Positions 13,632-26,634 of a DNA stretch of 64,000 bases are shown here, in pieces. This stretch comes from Eledone cirrhosa (Eukaryota). Each line of letters begins with the position of its first letter. The stretch's first letter is position 1. The notes below the pieces were generated by a model, which worked only from the letters and a program-made list of their open reading frames with translations, made no database searches and was not told the DNA's origin. The DNA lies in the NCBI GenBank assembly GCA_964016885.1, contig OZ024747.1, positions 66,464,001 to 66,528,000 of the forward strand, given 5' to 3'. The translations under genes were made by a program, and so were the position numbers.

Positions 13632-14172
13632 CGTATATGTACAAACAGGAAGACAAAAGAAAAAAATGAAGGCGGATGAAAATAAATAAAAAATATAAGA
13701 GGAAGTCTACGTCTTTGGCTGGGCGGTACATCTCAGATGTACCCTGCGGAGAAGATGGCGAAAAAAAGTCGCAGTCTCGAAGTATCGATGGTAACCGGCA
13801 CTGTTCCAACTGAGTCAAAATGAAACAAATTAAAAGACTTCGCCAGATACAATAAATTCGGTTTATCTCAACAAGTGCAATGTCTTTAGTATACTAAACA
13901 GGGTTGATTAAATTAACTACTTCTCTGACCCCAGAGTTTCTGTACCGATTTGTTTATTGCTGTGGGAATAGCAAGGCAAGATTGAGATACACTGGTTAAT
14001 AAGATTAGACAGAAACATCGAAGTTAGTGTCAAATGGATTACATTGATCTTCATAGGCAAAGGTAATTATATACTGTTGCATAGTGTGTGGATATTGTTG
14101 TCTATATTCTCTGAACTGTGTGTATGTACTACAAGACTGCATCAGATTGATTGACACGTTGTTTGTTTGTTG

Positions 14173-14210
<38 letters not shown>

Positions 14211-14284
14211 TCTCTCTATATAAATGTATACATATATTCAAGGTGTGCACCAGGATTGCTGCATTCCAATTCCAATATAAAGTA

Positions 14285-14337
<53 letters not shown>

Positions 14338-14589
14338 TTTCTTTATTAACCACAAGGGTTTACATAAAGTAGACATTAAGGACAGTGCAGGACAATACAG
14401 GACGGTACATATGGGCATTTCTGCGTGTAAAAAAACAAAATAAACAGAGGGTGTAACAAAAAATAACAATGAAAAATTCCCCAATAGGGGGTAGACTTCG
14501 GAGGGACATTTGTGGAGAAAGCCCAGTAAAAAGCCACAATGACCCTGACCAGCAAAGCAAGTGCCCTCTCCCAGTTTTCCACCTTTAAT

Positions 14590-17500
14590 TTACAGATATA
14601 TACTCAGAGTAGGCCCATTCACTCGGGCCATTCTTGCTTCTCTCACCCATCTTTCAACAAAATGCTGGGAAGAGAGCACTTCCCTCTCTACTCTGATTTT
14701 CCTTTTCAAATGAAATTTGAAAAAGTCAATCAGAACATCACCGAAGAGGTAAGTGCTCGTCTTCAGCCCTTTCAAACGTGTCCACCATACTATCTCTTTC
14801 GCCATGGCCACCAGACAGATAAAAACTGCCTGCCCTTCCCGGCTAAAGGAGGAGGGCGGGGCATTCCTCACGATGGACTCAGATGATAGCCGGATCCGTC
14901 CTAAACGCGACAGCAGGTGTTCGACATAAACCCACAAGTCAGCAATTTTCGGACACTGGACGAGTGCGTGCAGGACGGTTTCGTCGCCCTGCGCGCATCT
15001 CGGACATGCCCGGCTGACGGCACCTCCATGCCTGTAGAGTTTATCCCGAACTGGCAAGGCTCCTCGGTAGCACTGCCAGGACAGAGATTTCTGGAAGTTG
15101 TCCATAGGCCCTGGCCCGAAAGTTCTTCCGAAGAGATTGGCTAGTTGATTTCGTCGACGCCTAGAGTTTCCCCAAGTACGTCGTCGCTCTTCCCCTCCAC
15201 TAATCCTCTATAGAACGCCGAGGTGGAGTTTCCACCGATCACATTGCCCGATTGGTCGAGGGCTGTGAGCGCCTGGAGCCATTCCAATCTCCAGGCGCTC
15301 CCTCTCGGTCTTCGCTTGACCCAGGACTGCAGCTCCGTCAAGGAAACGATCTGGGGAAATACGTGTCTAGCAAACGGCGACCACACCTGATCACCGTCGA
15401 GGAAGAGGTGGAGATGTCGTAGCCTGAGCGCGTGCCTGCGCATCATCAGTCACGGCATGCCCAGCCCTCCACGTAGCGGGTGTTGACAACAGATGGACCG
15501 CCTGACCATCGGAGCGCGTCCCTTCCACAAAAAGCGAAAGAGCAAACGCTCCAGCGCAGTCAGGCGAGGCTTAGGACAAGGTACGACGGTCAGGCGGTAG
15601 CAGATGACGGACGCGATGTACGCGTTAGCCACCTCCGCTCGACCTTTCAGGGATAGCTTCCTCTCCGCCCATTTCTGGGTGAGAGAAGCCACCCTGCTCG
15701 TCACCTCGTCCCAGTTTTTGTCCGTCTGGAGGTCCGGACCGAACCAGACCCCTAGCAATTTAACCGGTCCGTCCGTCCAGCGTCCGACGACGCTGTTGGA
15801 CGGCATGGACCTGCCTCTCCAGGTGCCGAGCTGCAGGCCCACTGACTTTTCCTGGTTGATCATTGCTCCTGTCACCGCATCGTATTCTCTTAGTGTAGTG
15901 CCGATCGCCTCGATGTGTTTGGCGTTCGACACCACTACGGTGACATCGTCCGCATATGCTGACACGGATCTTCCGCATCCTAGTTCGCGCGGGATGCCCC
16001 TCAACGTCTCCAGTTTGTGCAGTAATGGCTCGAGAGTCAATACGTACAAGAGGGACGAGAGGGGACATCCTTGGCGGACCGAGCGCATGATGTTGAACGG
16101 TTCCGACAGGTGACCGTTCACTCTCACCACAGAGCAGATGTCGCTGTGCATCGCAGCGATCCAGCCTCTGAAGACGGACCCAAAGCCAGCCGCCCTCAGG
16201 ACTGCCGCTAGGTAACGATGGTCGACCCTATCGAAAGCTTTCTACTGATCTAAATTGATCAAGGACCCACCCGTGCCAGGTTCCCTAGCTACCCTCTCTA
16301 CGACGTATCGCATGAGGTGGAGGTTGTCGTGGATGGATCTGTCGGGAATGGCGCATGTCTGTGCCTCTCCCACCAGACCACCAACGACAAGCGCCAACCT
16401 CTTTGCTAGCACCTTGGCCAAAATCTTGAACTCTGTGTTTAGCAGAGTTATGGGCCGGAAATTATCTATGTTATCCCCCTTGTTCGGATCCTTTCTCAGA
16501 AGTGCCACCGCTGCTCGGCTCACAGAACTGGGAATTCTCCCGTTCTGTTGCCAGTTGCAGTAGACGTCCGCCAAGAGGCCTCCGAACAAGTCTGGCATCT
16601 GTACGTAAAGTTCATAGGGCAGACCATCCAAACTAGGCGATTTACCCCTTGTGCAGCCAGTCATTGCCTCCCTTACTTCAGCGGCTGTTATCGGCTTTTC
16701 GCAACACTTCGCCTCAGTGGCCGAGAGCCGCGGCAGTCCGTCGAGGTAGACACTAAAGTCCATCCCTCGACCCGGCCCACCGCTGCCCCCGAACAGCTGA
16801 GCGAAGTGTCGCTGAAAAGCTTCACACATTTGCCCGGGATCGAGTAGCATGCGCCCGTCGTGGTCCACCAAAGACCGGATCGTGGCTTTGTTGCCACGAC
16901 GTGCCTCCGCCACTCGGGCCCATTGAACGGCTTTCGTCCCCTCGTGTCTGAGAGCACGCACTCTTGCTCTGACAACGCAGCCTTCGTGCTTTGCATTGAA
17001 GAATTGGTCAAGGGCCAATTTCGCCGCAAGCACGTCGGTCGCAATGCCTTTGCTAAGCGCCTCGTCTAATTTTCTAACTAGTTCTCCCTCTGCTCTATTT
17101 TTCTCTATTGCTAAAGCCTTACTAAACCTAATGGATTCTATTCTAATCGCTCTTTTCAGAGCAAACCACCACTTGTTGTTGACGATGGCCCCCGTCAACG
17201 CCCGCTTAACTAGTTCGTCTATGAAGCCTATCTAAGTCAAGCACACAGATCACGAATTTGTGGTCCGTGTAGCTGACTATCTTGAATTGTGGACAGCCTA
17301 TGCTAGACCTATCTATTTCCCTACACAATACTCTATCTAGATATGATCTGGATGACCCTATGCGATTTGTCCAAGTCCACATTGGCACATTCGGGAAATC
17401 CAATCGGTACCTGTCAGACAGTTCAAAACGTTTGAGCAGGTTGGTGAGGCTCTTGCACCCTCCACCCCTATCCGCTAATCCCACACAGTCCCAGCATGCA

Positions 17501-17940
17501 TCTAAGATCCCGTTCCAGTCGCCCACTAACACTAAAGAGCGGGAGGTTCCAAGAAAGGTCTCCAGACGCCGGAAGAAATCAGGCCGCCCTGCTCCTGTCG
17601 GGGCATAGACGGCCACTAGCCTGAAAGCTTGCCCGTCTCCGCTGGTCACGTCCAGCACCACCAGCTTACCCTCTGGGTCCAGGAAGATGGCCCGTATGGC
17701 GAGATCCAAACCTCTCCGAAAAAGCACAGCAACTCCTCCCCCCGATCCCGGACGGCTGGGAGATGCGTACACATCGTAACCGCCAAAGATCGGTGCAAAG
17801 GCCCGTGCTTCGGAGATTCTGGTCTCGCTGATGGCGACTACATCTATGTTTAGTGACCTGAGGTCGTTGAGCAGGTGACCCTGCTTCCATGACGACCCCA
17901 AGCCACGCGCATTTATGCTGCCTATTCTGAGTGAGGTCAT
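14590..17940 (-). pseudogene. LINE ORF2: AP endonuclease + reverse transcriptase + CCHC C-terminus, disrupted
   Basis: SINARGL/ISETR/VYAP/GDWN/SYLD/TDH (APE); NFRPITLLNTEFKI, LDQ*KAFDRV, SVRQGCPLS, YADDV (RT); CPRC..ETVLHALVQC. Lesions near 17230 (deletion/frameshift), 16242 (TAG), 15450 (TGA) and 15140. Confidence 0.92.
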
Positions 17941-17975
17941 GTTTAAAATAGAGTGGAAAAGATGGGAAAGACCAC

Positions 17976-20037
17976 TTACCGTACTTTTCGTAGAGGAGGG
18001 ATGATTTTTACATCCCTTTTCACTTGATCGTCTGGTGAAGGGACCGTTGAATCGTCCCTTCGGCTGGTCGTCGGCTCTTCTATGAGAATGTCTGAATATA
18101 CTCTTCGATTGATAGTTCCTCCTAGGTCCCTGAAATCACCAACTGCGTTGGGGAATTTCGTTTTAATGTTTGTGTATTGTTTCTGTGCTATTTTTAGCAG
18201 TCTTATGTTAGTTGGCGTTTTGATTGGTGCTGGTATTATGTAGTCGTGTTGTGAAATGTCTGTGTGTTCAATTATGTAAGTCATTAGTTTCTTGTTGTGT
18301 GTATTTATTGCTGTGCATTTGTTTTTCTGGAGGTGGAGTGTGGTTCTGTTATTTTCTTGTCGTTGTTGCTGGGTGTGTGTGTTTTGTTGTTGTGTTTGCG
18401 ATGTTGGTGCTTGTGGTGGTGGTGTTGAAGGTGTTGTTGGCGGTGGGGTTGTCGCCGGTGGTGATGGTGGTGCTAGTGTGGGTGGTGATGGTGTTGGTGG
18501 TGTTGCTGCTGTGGGTCTCTTTGCAGTAGACTTTACCCTTTTCTCATTTCTTTCCTCCCTTTTCAAAGGCGACGATGCGCTGCTTCTGCGTTTGTGCCTT
18601 CTTACGACCTTTTGCCATCTCTCTCCCACCTCACACTCCATGTCTGATTCTGTGAGGTCGGGGAGGGGTACCAGCTCCACTCTTTCACTTGTTGTTGTTG
18701 GTGATGTTTGCACTGGAGTCTCTGTTGCAGCTGCATTTGGTATTGCTGTTGTTGTTGTTAATATTTCCACTGCTGCTGCTGTTTTTGATTTCCGTGGCGT
18801 GGGTATGGGTGCCACGGACCTATCGTTCCTGGTTGCCGCTTGTCCTGTTGCTGGTAGCCGTGGAGCCGGTTTCGGAAGGAGGGGGGTTTTCTCCTTTCTC
18901 AGGGTCTTCTCGTTGCAGAAGGCCCTGAGGTGAGTCTTCGATCCACAGCGAAAGCATTTCGGGCGTTTTCCCTCAACACTTATGGGCAGTTGAGTGCCGT
19001 TATCGAAGTCTATCACATCCGGGATAGCTTCGATGCACTCCTGGTTGGTTTGGATTAGCATCTCAATGGAGGTGCCGACCCAATCTTCTCTTACTTTTTT
19101 CTGTACTTGCAGTACAGTTGTTTTGTCCTCGATTCCGACGAGGACAGACGCGGCCAGCCAAGAAGGGGCCATCCCGGGGGGGACGTGGGTCAGTTTGACC
19201 CTCACAATTTTTTTCCCGCAGTAGGAGGGTACCAACACCATTTCCTAGCTCCTTAGGGTCACTACGGATTGGGCCTTTGCCTCCTGGGGTGTGGCAAAAA
19301 GTACGTCTACGGTGGCATATTTTTTGCCTCGAGTGATGTGCGTTTTCCGCTGCCCACACAGACCCCAAGGCTTTTTGTATTTGAGCCTCTGTGGCTCTTT
19401 CCACCCTACGGGATTTTGTACTTACTGTACGGTACGTGACCGTACAGTGCTGTTGGGTTTCGAAAAATTTTTCCGCTGCCTTGCAGATTGCTCGGTGTCC
19501 ATTCTTTGTCACCATCTTCTTCGCTTCCTCTAATTCCTCATTTGTTATGAGGATTGTTTTCAAGTTTTTCGCAATACCTGCAAATGAGATTGGTTTTTCT
19601 TTGCTGCTGTTGGTGTTGTTGTCGTCAGAGCTGCTGTTACTTTTGTTGTTGCTGCAGGTACTACGACTACTGCCTCCGCCGCTGTTGGTGTTGCTGCTGC
19701 TAATGCTGTTGTGGTTTATGCTGCTGGTGATGCTGTTGCGGCTGCTACTGTTGTTTTCATTGTCACTGTTGCTGTTATTATTACGGCTGCTACTGCTATT
19801 ATTCCTGACGTCAGACGAATGAACTGGGTTTTCGTATTTCCCGCACACCTGTTTCGTCGCTGTCGTCGTCGTCGTGGAGAAACCTTGCACGCTTTGCACG
19901 AGACTTTTCTTTTCTTTCGTCGCTTGCGAAAGAGAAGGGAGGGAGAGAGACAATCTTCTCTCTGCTGTAGTGATGATTGAGGAAGAAGAAGACGGAATGA
20001 GTGGGAGTGACCTATGAAATTTCTTTTTCGTAGCCAT
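17976..20037 (-). pseudogene. LINE ORF1 (gag-like, CCHC knuckle) with Ser/Asn-rich and Pro/Thr-rich tracts, disrupted
   Basis: CFRCGSKTHLRAFC knuckle; ORFs 19063-20037 and 17976-19241 join via a frameshift near 19360 and a TAG near 19245. Confidence 0.8.
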
Positions 20038-20254
20038 GTTGTTTTTTTTTTGTTTAAAATAAATATTGGGTACAAAACCCCAATAAGCAGTTATTTAACC
20101 CCGAAGGGCCAAATAACGGGCAGAAAGACCCCTCTCACGAGGAGGAGGGTGTTTTTGTCTACAAGTTCGTTAAGTTTTAAACAATTTACAATTGTTATAG
20201 TGTTCAAAATTTACAATACCTTACAGAGCCGAGCCTCCGTCAACCATAGCATTC

Positions 20255-20289
<35 letters not shown>

Positions 20290-20291
<2 letters not shown>

Positions 20292-20353
20292 GTGAAGACT
20301 AAAATCCCAAGAGGGCTCGATAAGGATAAATACATATCAAATATATAAGAACC
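20290..20353 (-). mobile_element. Family B PLE terminal fragment adjoining the LINE 5' end
   Basis: (aat)n-aaatgtgaagactaaaatcccaagagggctcgataagg matches 49563-49620 and 57340-57400. Confidence 0.8.
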
Positions 20354-20439
<86 letters not shown>

Positions 20440-20446
<7 letters not shown>

Positions 20447-22373
20447 TATAGAGAAAAATACTGCGGGTAGCACATGGGTAACATGTAATAAAATAAGTCC
20501 CTCATCAGTGATTTGCCGAAGATCATAGATATTTCATTGCATTAAAAATCATATATCTCACTTCGGTGCAATAATAACCAAAATAAGTTATTAGGACAAT
20601 TAAAACGCGTAAAGCGAGTGAGACAGGAGAACAACAGAAAATATAGCATACCGTAGGGGAGAAACAAGCTTCAAAAATTATTCTGTTTAGCGTAAGCTAG
20701 GTGAATATATGAGCGCTTAGAGAATAGAACCTACACGAACGAGGGCTATGAGCAGAGAGAGAAAAAATAGCGTTCGTGAGTGCAGGATGAAATGAAGAGA
20801 AGAGAGAGAAAAACAGTGAGTGAGTGAAAGTGTGAGGAAGAGTTAACGGACAAGACAGAGGGGGAGAAACAGAGAGAATGGGGGAACAGTAAGAGAGAGA
20901 GAAAAAACACAGAATCGCAGTGGTAAATATATGTATTAAAATATAGAGAAAAATACTGCGGGTAGCACATGGGTAACATGTAATAAAATAAGTCCCTCAT
21001 CAGTGATTTGCCGAAGATCATAGATATTTCATTGCATTAAAAATCATATATCTCACTTCGGTGCAATAATAACCAAAATAAGTTATTAGGACAATTAAAA
21101 CGCGTAAAGCGAGTGAGACAGGAGAACAACAGAAAATATAGCATACCGTAGGGGAGAAACAAGCTTCAAAAATTATTCTGTTTAGCGTAAGCTAGGTGAA
21201 TATATGAGCGCTTAGAGAATAGAACCTACACGAACGAGGGCTATGAGCAGAGAGAGAAAAAATAGCGTTCGTGAGTGCAGGATGAAATGAAGAGAAGAGA
21301 GAGAAAAACAGTGAGTGAGTGAAAGTGTGAGGAAGAGTTAACGGACAAGACAGAGGGGGAGAAACAGAGAGATTGGGGGAACAGTAAGAGAGAGAGAAAA
21401 AACACAGAATCGCAGTGGTAAATATATGTATTAAAATATAGAGAAAAATACTGCGGGTAGCACATGGGTAACATGTAATAAAATAAGTCCCTCATCAGTG
21501 ATTTGCCGAAGATCATAGATATTTCATTGCATTAAAAATCATATATCTCACTTCGGTGCAATAATAACCAAAATAAGTTATTAGGACAATTAAAACGCGT
21601 AAAGCGAGTGAGACAGGAGAACAACAGAAAATATAGCATACCGTAGGGGAGAAACAAGCTTCAAAAATTATTCTGTTTAGCGTAAGCTAGGTGAATATAT
21701 GAGCGCTTAGAGAATAGAACCTACACGAACGAGGGCTATGAGCAGAGAGAGAAAAAATAGCGTTCGTGAGTGCAGGATGAAATGAAGAGAAGAGAGAGAA
21801 AAACAGTGAGTGAGTGAAAGTGTGAGGAAGAGTTAACGGACAAGACAGAGGGGGAGAAACAGAGAGAATGGGGGAACAGTAAGAGAGAGAGAAAAAACAC
21901 AGAATCTCAGTGGTAAATATATGTATTAAAATATAGAGAAAAATACTGCGGGTAGCACATGGGTAACATGTAATAAAATAAGTCCCTCATCAGTGATTTG
22001 CCGAAGATCATAGATATTTCATTGCATTAAAAATCATATATCTCACTTCGGTGCAATAATAACCAAAATAAGTTATTAGGACAATTAAAACGCGTAAAGC
22101 GAGTGAGACAGGAGAACAACAGAAAATATAGCATACCGTAGGGGAGAAACAAGCTTCAAAAATTATTCTGTTTAGCGTAAGCTAGGTGAATATATGAGCG
22201 CTTAGAGAATAGAACCTACACGAACGAGGGCTATGAGCAGAGAGAGAAAAAATAGCGTTCGTGAGTGCAGGATGAAATGAAGAGAAGAGAGAGAAAAACA
22301 GTGAGTGAGTGAAAGTGTGAGGAAGAGTTAACGGACAAGACAGAGGGGGAGAAACAGAGAGAATGGGGGAACA

Positions 22374-22375
<2 letters not shown>
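20440..22375. repeat. Tandem array, 495-bp unit x about 3.9, near-identical copies, flanked by (TA)n
   Basis: attaaaatatagagaaaaatactgcgggtagc recurs at 20440, 20935, 21430 and 21925; only isolated substitutions seen. Confidence 0.95.
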
Positions 22376-22429
<54 letters not shown>

Positions 22430-22454
22430 GTGTATATATATATATATATGTATA

Positions 22455-22830
22455 TATTTCGTTTCTGAATTTGTATAGCAAGATTCTTTATCTGAAAACG
22501 TGTGTTGAAACCGATATTGTTATACTTTGGGAGTGTCATGTTGCCAATAAGAAACACACGCACCAGTTGTTTCACTTCAATTTATTATAATGAATTTATA
22601 AATTTAGGAATTCCGGTTGGTTGGTTGGTTCCACAACCAGATGATTGTTTATATATTGTCAAAGTTCTTTCGTCATACATTCTGTGACCTCTTCAGTTAG
22701 TGGGGATTCTTTTCTTTGTTTTTGTGCCTCTCCTTTGTTCTGTCCTACGCCATCTTGTTTTTGTGTGTGTTGTGTGCTTAGTTTGCGCATGTGTTACATG
22801 TAACACATGCGCAAACTAAGCACACAACAC
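22455..22830 (-). mobile_element. Naiad-like PLE pseudo-LTR copy with HHR (22658-22700) and a short fold-back at about 22799
   Basis: Matches 40800-41155; palindrome tgtgcttagtttgcgcatgtgttacatgtaacacatgcgcaaactaagcaca. Confidence 0.9.
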
Positions 22831-23390
22831 ATATGTGTGCATATATGTATATATATACATACTACTGTAAGTCTGTATACATATATGTATGTACGTATAC
22901 ATACTTATATTTAAGTAACAGCTGTACTAAGAGTGAGAAATGAAATTTCGTTTCATTTTTTCCATTTATCGTTTTCGGTGCGCCCGGCCGACTAACTTAC
23001 TCGATATGCAAATTTGGCTGCTCAGCTATTAACATGCATAAGCAAAGTATATACTTTCAGACGTTCAATCATCTGGCAGGAAGGAATACGGTGCTGACGA
23101 TAGCTAATAAGCTTGAAACTAGTACATCGTTCCTTTGTCAGTGTTGAACAAATGGGCAACGATGGTTGCTAAACACTCTACGGCTTAATTCGGGCTGTTT
23201 GTTTACAAACAAACCGAGTATTATAATAAAAGTTCGGTAAATCCATACGTACATTTATATATATGTGTGCATGTATGTATATATATACATACTGTACGTC
23301 TGTATACATATATGTATGTACGTTTACATAGTTATATTTAAGTACAGCCGTACTAAGAGTGAGAAATGAAATTTTATTTCATTTTTTCCA
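22831..23390 (+). repeat. Retrozyme-like element, about 426-bp unit x 1.3
   Basis: gtactaagagtgagaaatgaaattt at 22924 and 23350 with matching upstream sequence; one HHR in the unit; no ORF. Confidence 0.75.
23083..23133 (+). ncRNA. Type I minimal hammerhead ribozyme
   Basis: ggaa-ta-cggtg CTGACGA t-agct-aata-agct-t GAAAC ta GTA catcg-ttcc: intact core, palindromic stem III, extended stem I. Confidence 0.85.
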
Positions 23391-23429
23391 TATATATATA
23401 TAGAGATATATATATATGTGTGTGTGTGA

Positions 23430-23715
23430 TTAGATTCACAATCAAGAGGTTGTGAAATTGATTTCCGAGCGATGTATCGTGTCCTTAAGCAAGACATATT
23501 ATTTCACGTTGCTTCATTTCACTCAACTGTGAAAAGGAGTTGCAACACTAATATTCCCAAGCTGTATCGGCCTTTGCTTTTAACTTAGACAACATCAGTG
23601 GTGAGTGGAGAAAAGAGTGGTATGCATGGCTGACTGCCTGTCTACTATGAAAACATCTTTCCTGGGCCTGTGCCTCGGAGGTGAAATTTCTAGGTACAAA
23701 TTTCTTGGTCACACG
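23430..23715 (+). mobile_element. Old SINE of a second family (diverged relatives near 9180-9340, 24395-24700, 49910-50075 and 55500-55820)
   Basis: Degenerate B box followed by a gtccttaagcaagaca...tttcacgttgct..cactcaactg central domain shared among copies. Confidence 0.55.
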
Positions 23716-23765
23716 TGATTGAATGGGGTTTTTACCCTTCTTTACACACACACACACAGACACAT

Positions 23766-24253
23766 ATATTGTTATATTTGGGGAGGTTCAATATTGCCAG
23801 AAATAATAATTGTTTCTATTTTAGGCTCAAGGTCAGCAATACTCAGTACATTACTGGTACTTTATTTTATCGACCCCGTAAGGATGAAAGGCAAAGTTAA
23901 CCTCGGCGGGATTTGAACTCAGATCATAAAGGGACATAACTCAATGCTTCAAAGCATGGTGTCCAACTCTCTACCGATACTGCCAATCCACTGTCCTATC
24001 CATTGCCAATCCATTGCCAGAAATAATAATGAAACACACTCACTGTTAATTTAGCTGGCAATCAATGTTTATTATTGATTGCCAGCTAAATTAACTATAG
24101 GGATATAAAATATACAGAAGCGAAAACCAATCCATACCAAACAGTGAGTGTGTTTTATTATTTCTGGGAATATTATACCAATATGACCTTCCCCAAATAT
24201 AACAATATTTGTTTCAACACACGATTACATATCAAAAACCTTACAAAACAAAT
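23766..24253 (+). mobile_element. Diverged relative of the Naiad-like terminus, palindromic, left arm interrupted by a SINE
   Basis: Right arm encodes [23 protein letters not shown]; left arm pieces attgttatatttggggagg and ccagaaataataatgaaacacactcactgtt; hairpin at 24045-24095. Confidence 0.7.
23811..24012 (-). mobile_element. Family 1 SINE with 18-bp TSD
   Basis: attgccagaaataataat at 23793-23810 and 24013-24030. Confidence 0.9.
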
Positions 24254-24270
24254 ATATATGTATACATATG

Positions 24271-24360
<90 letters not shown>

Positions 24361-25057
24361 TATATTTGTGTGTATATATGTGTGTGCGTTTGAAGGCCCG
24401 TGGCTTGATAGATCTGGTGTCGGCTCATGAAGATAAGGTTGTGAGTTCGATTTTTGGCAGCGCGTTGTGTTCTTCAGCAAGGCAAGTACATTCAAATTGC
24501 TCTAATTCAATCACATGGCACAAAAGAGATGTACTTATAGTTCAAAGAGCTACGTTTTTCAGGCTTTTGTCCCGATGAATATCCCCGAGTACTACATTAA
24601 AGGTACATGTTTATGTAGAATGATCAGATACTTGCACATTAAATTCACGAAAACACTGTTGTATTGTTTGATCAACTAGAATACTCCTCGTTGGAAGAGA
24701 TGGTTCCTTCACGCTCAAAAAACACACACGTATATATGTTTTTTCTTCCCTTTCAAGTTCCCGGAACTAATGAAAGAGAAAACGTGTAAATGGCTTAAGA
24801 GACGGTAATTTCGAGCTTCTATCTAAACCATGTCATCTGCCCACTTACATACTACATACTTATATCTCTCATTACATTCCAGCACATCAAACGGATCAAA
24901 ACAGATTTACAAACCCGTAAACCAATGTTTTCATATATATATATATATATATATAAAAGTAATTAAGTACGATATTATCTCTGGTAGTAACACTGTTCCT
25001 ACAAAAATAAATATATACATACATATATATTTGCATATATATATATATATATATATA

Positions 25058-25783
25058 CGTTATTCCGGGTTGAATCGGAGGTAACCACAGTAAGTAAGGT
25101 ACTCAATACATAGCAGAGTATAAAAGTTTTAATATAGATGAGATTCTACAGGACTAGAACTGTTTCATTCATTAGAAATCATCAGAAATCTGGGTATCAA
25201 AAAATAAAAATGGTATTTATAGGTCTCTACAAGTGGTAGGAGAGGGTGGGGAGTGGGATGGGTGCAGGTCATTGGTTGATAGAAAAGGGAATTCATTAAA
25301 AGCTAATTCTACAAAGCTATAGTTTATTTTTATTTATTTATGTTTTTAGAGTAACAAGGGCAGACAGAATTCTATAAACAGGTTCCGGATGGCATACCAT
25401 TCCTTGTCATTAAGTTTCTCTTAAGCTAACAGATGTCTATAAAATCAGTGGGGGGGTCAGTCATGGTCGATAGAATTAAAGAAAAGGGAGATTCTTTAAA
25501 AGCTAAAATCATTAAGGTTCTACTAAGTGACAAAGGTCTAGAGAATTCTGCAGACAGATTCAAAATACTGAGTGCATATCTTACTATTATCTTCGAACTT
25601 CTCTTAAACTAATCAACTATATGCCAAAAATCAACAGACACATTCACAAAAAAACAAAAAAACATACTCACTCACACACTTACACGCAACCATAAACACA
25701 CACACAAACACATATACACACATAAAAACACACACACATATATAAAAATATATTCATATACATACATATACATACACACATAC

Positions 25784-25828
<45 letters not shown>

Positions 25829-26019
25829 TATATATATATATATACACACACATATATATATACACATACACACACACATACACATACATACACACACACA
25901 CACATATATACACATATAAATACACTCACACACATACATACAAACACAAATATACATGTGTATACATATACACACAAATACATATAGACATATATACATA
26001 CATATACACAGACACATAT

Positions 26020-26077
<58 letters not shown>

Positions 26078-26152
26078 TTTTTGATACCCAGATTCCTGAT
26101 GATTTCTAATGAATGAAACAGTTCTAGTCCTGTAGAATCTCATCTATATTAA

Positions 26153-26156
<4 letters not shown>
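25058..26156. mobile_element. Family C element: - strand arm from 25058 and inverted + arm 26078-26156, each with a complete HHR
   Basis: 25133-25203 is the reverse complement of about 26078-26150. Confidence 0.75.
26090..26140 (+). ncRNA. Type I hammerhead ribozyme, family C (mirror copy at 25141-25191 on -)
   Basis: agattc CTGATGA t-ttc-taat-gaa-t GAAACag..ctGTA gaatct: 6-bp stem I, canonical core, predicted cleavage after 26134. Confidence 0.85.
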
Positions 26157-26186
<30 letters not shown>

Positions 26187-26188
<2 letters not shown>

Positions 26189-26634
26189 AAAGTTATATTT
26201 AAATTGTTGGGTTACAACTAGTAAATATTTATAACTGATATAAAAGCACTCGACAAGTATTTGGAGTATATTTACGATATTAAATAAATGGAAACTATAT
26301 TTATAAAACCATATTTATTTCATTATATATATTTCAGGGATATCATATTAACAATATGCTATGCCTTCCTCAGACAAAATACAATATAAACAGTTTTATA
26401 GATAAATAGATTTGACATACCGTACAACATCGACTTGTATTTGAAAAGTCTGCCAATTCAACTTTTCAAATACAAGTCGATGTTGTACGGTATGTCAAAT
26501 CTATTTATCTATAAAACTGTTTATATTGTATTTTGTCTGAGGAAGGCATAGCATATTGTTAATATGATATCCCTGAAATATATATAATGAAATAAATATG
26601 GTTTTATAAATATAGTTTCCATTTATTTAATATC

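Larger units (their letters stand above)
14336..20257 (-). mobile_element. Near full-length L1/Tx1-type LINE inserted in an (AAT)n microsatellite
   Basis: 5' UTR, ORF1, ORF2 and a 3' UTR with AATAAA just before the end; (AAT)n on both flanks (14294-14335 and 20256-20289). Confidence 0.92.

Noticed and set aside
15604-19980. ORFs antisense to or overlapping the LINE ORFs
   Set aside because: Shadow frames of GC-richer coding sequence and low-complexity tracts, with no motifs.
20440-22375. Tandem arrays (also 58568-60206) as CRISPR or rDNA/snRNA arrays
   Set aside because: Whole units are near-identical with no unique spacers, the context is eukaryotic, and I see no similarity to 5S, snRNA or SL RNA.
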